A stretch of 64,000 nucleotides of DNA from Chamaesiphon sp. (GCA_965246715.1 CBDFFH010000027.1:64001-128000); one strand, 5' to 3'. Shown: positions 39,503 through 50,613, counted from the first letter of the stretch. Numbers and translations: made by a program. Notes: generated by a model from the letters alone, not told the origin.

Positions 39503-42500
39503 TTAATCCCTTTCCTGTTCTGGCTGAATTGGCACCGTCACCTTTACCTCAGTGCCATGTCCGATCTGGCTATCGATCGCGAATTTGCCGCCGAGTCGAT
39601 CGCTGCGCTGCTGCATTCCAATCAAACCAAAACCACTACTGAGTTGTTGGGGGTCAAATCCCGCTCCATTATCCTGAATTTGCAGTTGAATCCGATCGGG
39701 CGCGTAGGTGAGAGTCAGGATTGTTTGGGCAGAAGCGTGGCGAAGGGCGTTGGTGAGTGCCTCTTGTCCGATTCGGAGCAGATTCATCCCGACATCGGGT
39801 GGCAGGGTGTAAGGCGTACCGACAATTACCACCTCCACTTGAATCGAGGTTTCGATCGTCTGCTGGGCGGCCAGACGCTGGAGAGTCGTCGCGAGCTGGC
39901 GGTAGTCTTCGGCTTCGGGCTGCAATGCCCAGACCGATCGTCGGGCTTCTGCCAGACCTGTTTTTGCTAGATCTTGGGCAAGCGTAATGCAGGCTTGAGC
40001 TTGCTCTGGATTGCGGGCGAGCAGACGGAGCGCGGCTTCTAGCTGCATCTGAATACTGGTAAAGGATTGGGCAAGAGTGTCATGAATCTCGCGGGCCATG
40101 CGGTTGCGTTCTTCACCGATCGCGGCTTGTTTACCCTGCTCGGCTAGGCGGGTGAGTTGGATCGCCAGTGCTGCCTGATGGGTGAGGACTCGGACTAACG
40201 TCAAATCTTCGGACTTATATTCTTGGTGTTGGGTGCAGCGGAGGATAATGCTGCCCAGCAAGGTTTCCCCAAAAAACAGGGCAGCTACCAGGATCGTTTT
40301 GATGCCGTGCTGCTGGTTATGGGTGTAGTAAGCTTCATAAGCTGGATTGTTGGCAAACTGCTGGAGATCCTGAATCAGCATCTTTTGTTGCCGCAGCACT
40401 TGCAGATACTCGGTATTCCACTGCCGCAGAAAGTTACGATCCCTGCCCAAATGAGGGATTTGGCTCCCCTGCTGAATCTGTCCATCCTCATAGTTGAGGT
40501 GCAACAGAGTCGTGTTTTGAGATTCGTCATACAGCCAAATGCTGCCAGCGTGTCCGCCCAACTGCTCGACGATCTCTCGTAGCACGATGCCTAGAAAGTT
40601 GTCTAAGACAGGAGCGGCAGCTAAGGCAGTTAACATGCCGACTAATGCCTCAGCTTGTCCTTGCATCGAGCGTTCGGCGCGCTGACGTTCCATTGCTTCT
40701 ACGTGTAAGGAATCATTCACCGTTGACAGTTCTGCGGCGCGTTCTAGTGCAACTTCTTCCCGCTCTAACAACACTTGTCGCTCTGCTTCCTCATGCTCTC
40801 GGTTGCGACGTTGACGCTCGATCGCACTGCCAAGACAGTTAGCCACTGTCCGTAATCCCGCCATTTCTGCTGGCGTGCGGTGCTTGGCCTCTCGACAGTC
40901 ATCAAACGCCAGAATCCCCCACCACTGCTCATTCACCCAAATCGGCACGACATACAGGGACTTCACTCCCAGAGCTTGGAACGCCGCATGTAGCGATCGA
41001 TCCCACTCTTCTAGCAATCCGCCGAATCCATTTGTTTGCAGAAATCCCTCGAAGAAGCCTTCCATCTGTCCGCGCGTATCGACTTGTCGAGTGTGCGAGA
41101 GTTGCCTAACCGTGCCAGGACTCGTCCATTCGTAGAGCAGGTTGTGATAGCGCGAGAATGGGCGAGAGGCATCATCAAATAGGCTTTCTAGCACTTTCGT
41201 CCGATCGGTCTCCAGACTCTCACCCAGAATTTGTAGTGCGGTGTTAACGGCGCGATCGAAATTCTCGATCGTTAGCAAGGCATCTGTAGCTTGAGCCGTC
41301 GCTTCTAGAATGCGGTAGCTGCGCTGCAATTCGTAACTGCGCTCTCTCAATACTTCATTCACTCGTTCCAATTCGGCGGCGCGTTCTTGTTCGGCCCCAC
41401 GTTCTACAATCAATAGATCGACTAATTGCTGACGGTGCAGTGCTGCCCCAATACTCTCAGCCGCCGTAGTCAGGACATCGATCTCCTGCTGGCTCCAGTG
41501 ACGAGCACTCACACAATCATCAAAACTGACACAGCCAACGTAACGTCCTTCAATGAAGATCGGTACCACACCCGTTGATTGAATGTCCAGCTTTTCAAAC
41601 TGAGAGCGTGTCACCGCTGGCAACTCGTCGATCGTATACCAGATGGAACGACCCGTATGAAGGGGTTGAATCAAGACCTGAAAACCCTCGTTGTCTATCG
41701 CCATCATGCCAACCGCTGCATGATCCGAAATCTCTGGAGCCGTCCACTCCTGCTCGACGTAGTGGGTTAGTCGTTGCGTTCCTGGAGCTTGACGTTCGAG
41801 AATCAGCATTACCCGGCTCATGTTTGCCACGTTCCCAACTGCCTGTAAAGCGGCGAGAATCGCAGTATTGACATCCTCAGCTTCTAACAGATCTTTGGCG
41901 ATTTGAGCAACGACTGAGAGTAAGCGGTAGCTTTGCTGCCCATCATGGGTAAGCTGTTGCAATTCCTCAACAAATTCCTGTTCGGCGCGGTGAGTCGCTT
42001 GCTGGGCGCGTTGACGCTCAATCTCACTGCCAATACAATCAGCCGCAATCTTCAACACCGCTAGTTCTGCCAGACTGCGATGTTTTGCCGCTCGACAGTC
42101 ATCGAACCCAATCGCGCCCCAATACTGACGCTCCACAAAAATGGGAACAAAGTGTAGTGCTTTCAAACCGAGTGCTGCCTGTCCACTCCGAAACGGCTCT
42201 GGCATATTTTCCAGCAGACAGCTAACGCCTTGCCCTTGACTCAAACCTGCATACCACTCCTCAATTCCCTCATAACTCCCCTGAGCTAGATCGGGATGCG
42301 CGATCTGTGGGATCGCATGAGGCGAAGTCCATTCGTAGAGCAGTCGCCACCAGACGGATGAGGAGTCAGAAGGGTTGTCAAAATTCTCGATTACTCCCAC
42401 GCGATCGGTATCTAATGCTTCCCCCATGACTTGTAGCGCGGCATTCACTGCCACATCTAGCGGCGCGATCGTCAGCAAGGCATTGGCAACCCTTGCGGTA

Positions 42501-42688
42501 GCTTCTAACAGACGATGCTCCACAGCGGGATCGTTGGTGGGGTGCGCTAGATCTTGGGTAGCTCCGACCGATCGCAGGTCTTCAGGCAAACGCGATCGTA
42601 GATTAGCGTTCTCTTGCTCCAGAGCTGCAAGTTGTTCTTGTAGTTGGGCAATTTCCTCGTGGAGTGGATCGATCGATGGTTCTAGTAT
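39503..42688 (-). CDS. Multi-GAF sensor histidine kinase (HisKA_3)
   Basis: Three repeated YEWT..FDDC GAF domains plus a fourth GAF, ERNRMAREIHDTLAQ, DNGAGF, GFGL; start uncertain (TTG 42589 or ATA 42688). Confidence 0.92.
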   Translation of the reverse strand: MLEPSIDPLHEEIAQLQEQLAALEQENANLRSRLPEDLRSVGATQDLAHPTNDPAVEHRLLEATARVANALLTIAPLDVAVNAALQVMGEALDTDRVGVIENFDNPSDSSSVWWRLLYEWTSPHAIPQIAHPDLAQGSYEGIEEWYAGLSQGQGVSCLLENMPEPFRSGQAALGLKALHFVPIFVERQYWGAIGFDDCRAAKHRSLAELAVLKIAADCIGSEIERQRAQQATHRAEQEFVEELQQLTHDGQQSYRLLSVVAQIAKDLLEAEDVNTAILAALQAVGNVANMSRVMLILERQAPGTQRLTHYVEQEWTAPEISDHAAVGMMAIDNEGFQVLIQPLHTGRSIWYTIDELPAVTRSQFEKLDIQSTGVVPIFIEGRYVGCVSFDDCVSARHWSQQEIDVLTTAAESIGAALHRQQLVDLLIVERGAEQERAAELERVNEVLRERSYELQRSYRILEATAQATDALLTIENFDRAVNTALQILGESLETDRTKVLESLFDDASRPFSRYHNLLYEWTSPGTVRQLSHTRQVDTRGQMEGFFEGFLQTNGFGGLLEEWDRSLHAAFQALGVKSLYVVPIWVNEQWWGILAFDDCREAKHRTPAEMAGLRTVANCLGSAIERQRRNREHEEAERQVLLEREEVALERAAELSTVNDSLHVEAMERQRAERSMQGQAEALVGMLTALAAAPVLDNFLGIVLREIVEQLGGHAGSIWLYDESQNTTLLHLNYEDGQIQQGSQIPHLGRDRNFLRQWNTEYLQVLRQQKMLIQDLQQFANNPAYEAYYTHNQQHGIKTILVAALFFGETLLGSIILRCTQHQEYKSEDLTLVRVLTHQAALAIQLTRLAEQGKQAAIGEERNRMAREIHDTLAQSFTSIQMQLEAALRLLARNPEQAQACITLAQDLAKTGLAEARRSVWALQPEAEDYRQLATTLQRLAAQQTIETSIQVEVVIVGTPYTLPPDVGMNLLRIGQEALTNALRHASAQTILTLTYAPDRIQLQIQDNGAGFDPQQLSSGFGLIGMQQRSDRLGGKFAIDSQIGHGTEVKVTVPIQPEQERD

Positions 42689-43005
42689 CCTCTTTTTCTC
42701 CTGCTTTCAGAAGCTAAGCTGACTTACAGACTTACGGTTCGCGATCGGGAACCCTTTGCCACCAATTCAGAAATGTTATCTACCATATTAGTCTCAATTG
42801 AGCGATCGAGTTCTCAGCGAATGTAACAAAGTGTGGCACCCCAAGTCCGTCGATGTCTTTGGTCGTAATCTCTAGTTAATCTAATAGGGTTTGGAACAGC
42901 GTGCCTATCCTATTACAGCTCCTAAAGCTCGCGATGTCCATGTCTTTTAACAAAATATTAGTATTTTTGTTCTATAATAAACTTGAAATCTAATTTCTTG
43001 CGCTC

Positions 43006-43227
43006 GTGATGAATACATTTACGATCTATAACGCTAAATCCCAGTTCTCCAAATTATTATCCCGCGTGGAACTGGGGGAAGAAATAATCATTGCCAATCG
43101 AGGGATTGCAGTTGCTAGGTTAGTTCCTGTGGAAAATAAGCGATCGCGTAGTCGCAGCATGGGTGTCGATCGCGGATTGTATTACATCTCCTCCAGTTTC
43201 AACAATCCGCTGCCTCCTTATTTATAA
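43006..43227 (+). CDS. Phd/YefM antitoxin
   Basis: IYNAKSQFSKLLSRVELGEEIIIANRG..VARLVP. Confidence 0.9.
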   Translation: MMNTFTIYNAKSQFSKLLSRVELGEEIIIANRGIAVARLVPVENKRSRSRSMGVDRGLYYISSSFNNPLPPYL

Positions 43228-43278
43228 GCACTACTATCCTCGTATTTCAACTAAACAAGAGTAAGGAATCGATCGCGA

Positions 43279-43765
43279 GTGAAAATACTAATCGATGCTC
43301 AGTGTTTTTTGTGGTGGTTTGTCGAACCCGATCGCTTGAGTGCGGAAACGATCGCCGCCATCTCTGACGAAACTAACTCCCTCTGGTTTTCAGTCGCCAG
43401 CGCGTGCGAGCTGACAATGAAGGTGTCACTGGGAACGTTATCGCTGCCCGAACCGTTGGTGTAGCCTACCGTAGGTAATCGATTCGTATCTTGCCAGCCG
43501 GATGAAAAAGTTGAGGGCACAATTTTTGGATATTCGAGCAGATCAGGTATTAAAGATAGCAACGTTGCCGCTAGATCGATTCGATCTGATCCTCCTCGCC
43601 CAAGCACGAGTCGAGGGGATGACCCTTGTTACTGCGAACCCAGATCTGGCTAATAACGATGTGGAAATCCTCCTCAACGACTCGGACGAATGCAACACCA
43701 ATAGAATGTCCGGGAGTCAAAGAGCCAGAACCGAATTAGCGTCAGGCAAAAGTCTAAATCGATAG
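43279..43765 (+). pseudogene. vapC: PIN/VapC toxin disrupted by a 22-bp micro-element
   Basis: Two ORF halves matching the intact copy at 59100-59564. Confidence 0.9.
43456..43477 (+). mobile_element. HIP1-core-targeted micro-element (22 bp, frameshifting)
   Basis: CCG^TTGGTGTAGCCTACCGTAGGTA^ATCGATT, versus the empty site CCGATCGATT in the paralog. Confidence 0.92.
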
Positions 43766-43870
43766 TCGCCAAGTTCGGGAACCGTCGCTATTAATTCAAG
43801 GAAACTCAACGGAGATTGCAAGATCCGAAAATCGAACTCAACATCGACCGTAAATTCGCACACATTGAAA

Positions 43871-43915
43871 GAGTAGTTAGTTAGCTATGTGGCTGACTAA
43901 CTACTCCATTTTTTT
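43871..43915 (+). terminator. Rho-independent terminator after the TA operon
   Basis: GAGTAGTTAGTTAGC..GCTGACTAACTACTC plus T-run; conserved in the other arm. Confidence 0.7.
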
Positions 43916-44206
43916 CATTAATTGTAAAGTTTTATTTGCTATTCGATCTGACCTTGCTTATTTTTGTCAATCGTCTATAATCTCATGCGAATAAAAGAGG
44001 GGTTGAATTTAACTTAACCAACTAATTAAGTCAAGTTTATACTGCTTTGAGCACGGCTGTTATTGCTTAATTCCCGATCGACTGAATCTTGGATTAAAGG
44101 CAATTGCAGCCTAGATTTTTATATCTAAACCGTTCGTAGTTTGACGTGCAATTGCTCGAATAAATCGAGTCAAAACTTATCTTCCTTGAAAACATAGAGT
44201 GTCATC

Positions 44207-44632
44207 ATGAACTACACCACTTCACTAAGCAAACCTAGAAATAAAATTTCTTGGAAATATATTCAGTATGCCTTGATTTCCTGTTTCTCCCCAATTATTT
44301 GGGGATGGAACTTAGCTCCTAGAGCTGATGCCGCTCCAATCTACGATGCTTTCGTAACAGTATCGACTACTAAGATTGCAACGATAATGGCTGGCTTCCC
44401 AGTCGCAGGGCCGCTATTTACGACTCTGTTTACTGCGATTGTCAATCTGATCCCTTGGTCTGTATTGCTGATAGTCGGTGGTATTGTCATCTGGCAAGCT
44501 TATCTGGGATATCAGGAATACGATCGAGAAAACTTTTCTGGGATAGTTAAACCGATGTTAAATATCATCGTCCTGGTAATTCTCGTCATTGCCACAGATA
44601 GAATTATCAACTTTATATTTACTGGTGCTTAA
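44207..44632 (+). CDS. Putative VirB2/TrbC-like pilin (copy 1)
   Basis: Signal-like N-terminus (ADA) and hydrophobic helices; upstream of virB3/4-like genes. Confidence 0.55.
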   Translation: MNYTTSLSKPRNKISWKYIQYALISCFSPIIWGWNLAPRADAAPIYDAFVTVSTTKIATIMAGFPVAGPLFTTLFTAIVNLIPWSVLLIVGGIVIWQAYLGYQEYDRENFSGIVKPMLNIIVLVILVIATDRIINFIFTGA

Positions 44633-44676
44633 TTCAATTAAATGTCTAATAGCTGTGACAGCTTTTACCTAATTAT

Positions 44677-44970
44677 ATGGAAAGAAAAACGCGAATCGAA
44701 GTCAATAGAGCATTGAGACGGAGAGCGAAGATGATGGGTATCCCTCGCGATGTCGCGATCGTTTTGGCACTAATCGTGGTTTTCTGTCTATTTCTAGGAT
44801 ATTTGAAAGTTCCTGGTAACATCGTTACAGCTATTTTTGTCACTTTATTTTTCACTGCCATACTCTCTCTCAAGGATGTCCTAGCAAGAAACAGGGAACC
44901 AAAAAATTACACCAGAGGATGTCTAAATTATCGTTCGCCTAGCGCTCCCTTGGGGAAATCGCCGCTTTAA
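44677..44970 (+). CDS. Putative VirB3-like membrane protein (copy 1, degenerate)
   Basis: Two TM segments; lacks GMAD of the paralog; 24-bp insert near the C-terminus. Confidence 0.55.
   Translation: MERKTRIEVNRALRRRAKMMGIPRDVAIVLALIVVFCLFLGYLKVPGNIVTAIFVTLFFTAILSLKDVLARNREPKNYTRGCLNYRSPSAPLGKSPL
44934..44957 (+). mobile_element. HIP1-core-targeted micro-element (24 bp)
   Basis: CG^TTCGCCTAGCGCTCCCTTGGGGAA^ATCGC; removal gives YRSP as in the paralog. Confidence 0.75.
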
Positions 44971-45040
44971 GAAAAATTAGTTTGCCACCGCTTCAGTGAA
45001 TTAATTACTTGGTTTAAATCCTTTAATTTGTTTATCGGTT

Positions 45041-45108
45041 ATGAAAAATAAAGAAGGCAAAAAATCTCAAAAGCCACAACGACAGCTCAGAAAAATAAAG
45101 CATGAAGG
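45041..45108 (+). pseudogene. 5' stub of a VirB4-like gene cut by an IS
   Basis: MKNKEGKK..LRKIKHEG versus MKNKESNK..LRKIRHKG of 55049-57838. Confidence 0.8.
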
Positions 45109-46122
45109 GGGAGCATCCCACTTTTTATTCGATCGACAGAGGTAAATCTTATGTACTATTATGATGGTTGAGGAATTTGCCTCTAAATGGAAGCAGATTG
45201 ACAATAATTTTGAGATAATGAAGTCAAGCCAAGTACATTAAAGTAGTGTGATGAGTCCAGAAGAACGAGAAGAGATTGCAGCATATACTGAAGCAATTGC
45301 TAAAATCCTGTATAAAAATACGCCGATAGAACAACTAACTAGCTTAGGGAAAATAGAAGAGGTGGTGCGAGATAGAATGCAAGAATATGTGATGCCGTCA
45401 GTCGGAATTTTTTTATCAAAAATGTCACCGGAGAAAGCGGTGGATACGAAAGACATATTAAAAGCATCATCGGAGAGCTAGTGATTACAAGTAATCAGGC
45501 CAACAAGCTGGAAGTAAAAAGTCATTCACAAATTAGCCCTTACTTAGAAGCATGTTGTTTGAGGATAAGTGCATCAGTTTCTTATGAAAGGACGACTGAA
45601 GAAATTAAATATTTAACGGGAATAGAAATATCGAAAAGTACTCAACAGAGATTGATTCATCGACAAGAATTTGAATTGCCACAAGCTGAATCAATTGTCG
45701 CAGAATTAAGTGTAGATGGCGGCAATATCCGAGTCCGAACATTAGAAGGAGAGCCATCTAGCTGGAAAGGGTATAAAGCAACAGTATTGCATGGACACCA
45801 GGTAATTGCAGGTTCATTCCAAGAAAATGATGTGCTTATTAGCTGGGTAAATAGTCAAGAGTTAGCACCGATTGTTACTTGCTTGGGTGATGGACATGAT
45901 GGCGTATGGAATATTATTCAAGAATTTGCACCGACTGGAGAAAGAAGAGAAATTCTTGATTGGTTCTGGAGCGATTGAATCTACGATTAAGCAGATAGAT
46001 CGTCGCACAAAAATCTCTGGAGCGCAGTGGAAGGCTGAAAACGTCCCTCAAGTACTAGCCCATCGCTGCGCTTACCTTAATGGGTTAATTTGCGATCGCT
46101 AAATAAAAAGTGGGATGCTCCC
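45109..46122 (+). mobile_element. ISKra4-family IS, internally deleted
   Basis: 21-bp perfect TIR GGGAGCATCCCACTTTTTATT; VDGG, LGDGHDGVW, GSGAIES motifs; no TSD. Confidence 0.85.
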
Positions 46123-46814
46123 AAACATATCTTGCTATTCATTTGACCGATCGACCGATCTATTTCCATGATTTGGTTGCCAATCGCACTTTAATAGAAT
46201 GTCCGATCGGTATGGCTATTTATCATAGTCATCTTGAATCGATTAAGAACATCGGTGAAGAAAATGAGTTTGACGAGCGATGTCAGATATTTGTTGGGTG
46301 GTTATACGATCTCGCTGGACAAAAGGAATTATACGATGGCGAGTATGTCGGCCAACCTTTATATATTAAAGGACAATATATACTCGATATCGTCGAAAAA
46401 GCCGGATACTCTGATTTTTATTCCTGTTCTCTGGAAGAATATTTAGGTCTGCCGTTCGATCCCGAAAGACTATATTTCGTGCCACCACATTTTGTCAAAG
46501 ATGAAATTCTCAATCTGTCGCGATTGGGGATAGATCGCATTGTTGAGTGGAATAGTCCAGTGGATATTTGCAATGTATTTACCGAACAAGATCGATCGAC
46601 TGGCTCTAGTTCTCTATGTGTTATTGGTGGCGATCTCGAACAATCTTTAGATACGGCAGGCTTTAAAAGAGAATTCTTTATCGACAGCAATAAAAAGTAT
46701 TATATCCCTGCCAATTTAACGATCGATGGGCAATTCAGATCGCTAACTTCTGATGATATTTGCGATCTGGTTGCATACAACGAGAAAAATATTAAACATT
46801 GCGCTCCTTTCTGA
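46123..46814 (+). pseudogene. Hypothetical protein, 5' end replaced by the IS
   Basis: Long open frame whose only early start lies inside the IS TIR. Confidence 0.55.
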
Positions 46815-46849
46815 ATTTTTAATTAGGAAAAATAGATGCAGGAAATTAA

Positions 46850-47784
46850 CATCATCAGGTACGGCAAAGAGCACACTTTTTAATTTTAGCTTCGCAGCAA
46901 ACTAAAGTCAATCAGTTGATGGACATATTTGATATTAGTTATAAAACGGTTTATAACTGGATAAATCGATGGGAGTCGGAAGGAATGGTCGGGCTATATA
47001 ATCAACCAGGCAGAGGCAGGAAAAAGACATTTAATTCTGATCAATCAAAAAAAATTAAAGACTGGGCAAAGCAGGAGCCAAGACAGTTGAAACAAGTGGT
47101 ACAAAAAGTCAAAGCGGAATGGGATATTGACATTAGTACTAAAACCATCAAGAGAATACTTAAATCATTGTCAATGAGTTGGCATCGGATGCGCCGAGGT
47201 GTTAGGGGAGAGCCAGATCCAGCGGAATACATCCAAAAGCAAGCAGAGCTAGCCAAATTAAAACAATTAGAAGATGCTGGAGAAATTAGTTTGTATTATT
47301 TAGATGAAACTGGTTTTTGCTTGATTCCTGTGGTACCTTATGGCTGGCAAAATATTGGTGAATATTTATCAATAGATAGTAGTCGGAGTAAGCGATTAAA
47401 CGTTTTAGGAATTATCAGCCGAAAGAATCATCTTGAAGCCTATATCTCAACTCAAACTATTAACTCTGACGTGATTGCTACCTGTATAGATACTTTTTTC
47501 CCAGTTGTCAATCTACCTACTTATATTGTGGTAGATCGAGCGAGTATTCATACTAGTGGGGCGATTTTTGAACGCCTTGAAGAATGGAAAGAGAGAGGTA
47601 TAACTATCTTTGAATTGCCTGCTTATTCTCCTGAATTAAATTTAATTGAGATCTTATGGCGATTTATTAAATATGAATGGCTGACAATAGATGCGTACTC
47701 TAGCTGGCAATCATTGGTATTGTCTGTTGAAAAGATCCTCAAAGAATTTGGTAAAAACTATGTAATTAATTTTGTCTAGCTACT
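46850..47784 (+). mobile_element. IS630-family element, left end missing
   Basis: HHQVRQRAH.., YLDETGF, VDRASIH, LPAYSPELNLIEILW; right end CTACT-TA. Confidence 0.9.
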
Positions 47785-47786
47785 TA

Positions 47787-49343
47787 ACTCGCGAAAATCC
47801 CTCTGAAACACCTTCTGTCAAATCGGCTACAGTATCTCGTACAAATTCATCAGAAGCAGCTATAGATTCTGGATTTAAAGTTACTCAAAAAGATTCAAGT
47901 AACCCCGACCTCAGCCCTAAGCAACAGGCGGAGCAATCGATCGCACAATTAAATAGCCTCTTGGTAAATCAGAAGCACTTTAAGCGCGATCTAGATGTTA
48001 ACGGGACTAAATATAGTTTTGAGAAATATCGAGGTGGTGCGATAAATATTGAATCCTTAGATTCTAAGTTATTTGCAAAGCAAAGGAGAATTACATTTGG
48101 AGGAGATGAATCAAAAATAATTCGAGATTTACCAGAAATCGTTGCGCGGGTAGATCGAGAGTTAGATCTGGAACGACCGAAGCAGATAAATAATCGAACT
48201 GAAGTTTTATACGGCTACGACTCAAGTAATAATTTCATTGAAAAGACCCTCTCCCAAAAAGATGCCCAAGCTATCCTCGATCTGATGGATGGAAAAGAAG
48301 GAACTACTATCGCAGGGGGAGAGAATCTGCTAATCGAATATGATGGTAAAAAGCTATTTGAAACCGACGCTCAAGGGGTGGTAACTTACAGTGCTTACGA
48401 TCGCGATCCCGAACTTCTGAGCAGTGTCAAACTCAAGGATGAGCAGGGATTGACCGACCTCAAGAATTACGCTAAACGCATGGCTGCGTCTCCCGATCGT
48501 GAGGCTAAAGTCACTAAAACTGCCGATGTAGTAGTACCAGATCCACCTCAAGAAGTTAGTAAAGTAGCACCCCAATCCCCGCTCGGAAAAACGCTCGACC
48601 GCCTCGGCGCGCTTCGCGATCGCGCCGAATCTACAACAGATGTAGATCCCCAGCAAGCATCTAGTGTCGTTTACGATCGAGTCCTCAAGTCAGAATTTGC
48701 TAAAGCTAAATCCGTCAACCGCGCTGAAAAGACGATCGAGGCGGTGAAATTCAAACTAAACCCTCAAACTCGCAAAGGAACGCGCTCCATCTCCGTTAAG
48801 CCAAGTAAAGATGCCGATTTTGTCAAAATTGGCGAAGTCGATAAAGAGGGTAAATTTAATCCAGATCCCAAACTTAACGATCCCAATGTTACTAAAGCAC
48901 TCGATCGAGTCTTGGCGGCACGAGGCATCGATCCTCAACTAGTTAAAGAAGCCCAACAAGTTGAAGTAGCCGCTCGATCCAAAGATCCTCAATACCTCCC
49001 ACTCACTCAGGAAAACGCGCCCAAACCCACGCAGAATATTGTCAAATCCCCTGAATTAGCCACTGCTGGTAACGCTTCAGGTGTTAATACACCCAAACCC
49101 AAGCCAAAGACTAAAAATAACACCCCTGAATTATCTACCACGGCTAGTAACGCTCCGAGCGTTACTAGCCCTAATACCACTCTGAATATCGGTAATGATT
49201 CGCCTGAGTTAGCTTCTGCCCCTACCAACTCTCCAGGCGTTAGCGTTCCGACTCGTGGCGAAAAAGAAGCTGTGCAAGTCCCATCAAGCGGCGGCACTCC
49301 CGAAAGATCGCTCCCAGAACCCGAAGTATCCCAGAACCGATAA
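47787..49343 (+). pseudogene. Large hypothetical plasmid-type protein, 5' truncated by IS630
   Basis: The 523-aa frame starts inside the IS end; Pro/Ser/Thr-rich tail with three PEL repeats. Confidence 0.6.
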
Positions 49344-50613
49344 TGTCACAACCAGACCTTACCCAACTAATGACTCAGCACCGGATAATCTTGGTGCGCT
49401 GTAATCCACTCGATCGCGAATGGATCGTCAGTACTCACTTGAGCGATTGCCAGCGGTGGCGATTGAATGTTGCGATTCTCCAAGGGAGAGGCTACGCCAA
49501 CGCCAACGATGCGATCGCTTCGCTCGATTTATCTACGAATATAATTGGAAGCTGCCGACTGCTGCGGAAATTACCGAGTTATTTGGCGAATACCACTTCG
49601 AGCCAAGCGAGCGCAATCTCAGGCTGGCATCGGGGCTAGCTTACCAAGATCTCAAGCTCGCACTGCAACAATCGATCGACCATCCAGAGCCAGAACTATA
49701 TTTAGAAACTTATCGCAACGCACGACTTTCCCTGCTAGGTGTTAAATACGATCCGCCCCCAGCATTCAAAGAAATCGCTGGATTAGATGAATTGGTGCTG
49801 GCAATCGATAAGCTGAAATTTAGATTCAGCCAACGTGCGATCGATATTGGACTACCTTACCCGAAAGGCTGGCTGCTAGTCGGGATACCAGGAACGGGAA
49901 AAACATATTCTGCGCGATCGATCGCCTCAGCACTGGGCTACCCCATGTTATCGCTAGAGATCGACAAAATTAAGGTCGGTGGTTTGACGGCAATGGCAAG
50001 GGTTTTAGAAATCGCTCGCGTTTGTGCCCCATGTATTTTCTACATGGACGAGATCGAGAAGCTATTTACCAGGGACGATAAGCCACTTCTATCCCTACTA
50101 TTAACTTGGCTGCAAGATAAAACATTCCCAGTTTTTGTTATCGGTACTCTCAATCGGATTGAAGATTTACCCGTTGAGGCTACTCGTGCTGGTCGATTTG
50201 ATTGTGTTTGGGAAGTCGATTCTCCCGATGCCGAATCTCGTCTGAATTTATTCATACTATTTCTCAACCGATTTGACTCTAGATTTAAAGACGATCTAGT
50301 TTTTGATAAATACGAGTGGCAAAGCATTCTCGATGAAACGATTGAGTATGTCGGTGCAGAAATCGAGCAAATTGTCATCGATACAATTGCAAGAATTAAA
50401 GAGGGCGATCCTGATGGAGAAGTTACAGCAAGAGATTTACTTGAGGAAGCAATGCAATTTAATTGTCTGTTCGAGCGCAATTCCAAACAAATTGTCACAA
50501 TCAGAAACTCAATCCGCGAATTAGCAAAGCCCTCTCATTCAAAAAAACAGAGTATTCTGGCACCTCGGAATTTCGATCCTTACCGACCTGCAAAAGTAAC
50601 ATCATCAAATTAA
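49343..50613 (+). pseudogene. Ycf46-like AAA+ ATPase, N-terminus out of frame
   Basis: GIPGTGKT, YMDEIEK, RAGRFD; the ATG coupled to the upstream stop (TAATG) is in another frame. Confidence 0.75.
49477..49500 (-). mobile_element. HIP1-targeted micro-element (24 bp)
   Basis: GCG^TTGGCGTAGCCTCTCCCTTGGAGA^ATCGC; removal restores GCGATCGC. Confidence 0.88.

Larger units (their letters stand above)
42879..45108 (+). repeat. Left arm of a ~2.2-kb diverged inverted duplication (partner ~57775-59963)
   Basis: Same gene order with near-identical proteins and intergenic DNA in opposite orientation. Confidence 0.92.

Noticed and set aside
46123..50613. Anti-phage defence system around the AAA ATPase
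   Set aside because: No nuclease or effector motifs recognised; the context is plasmid/conjugation-like and fragmented
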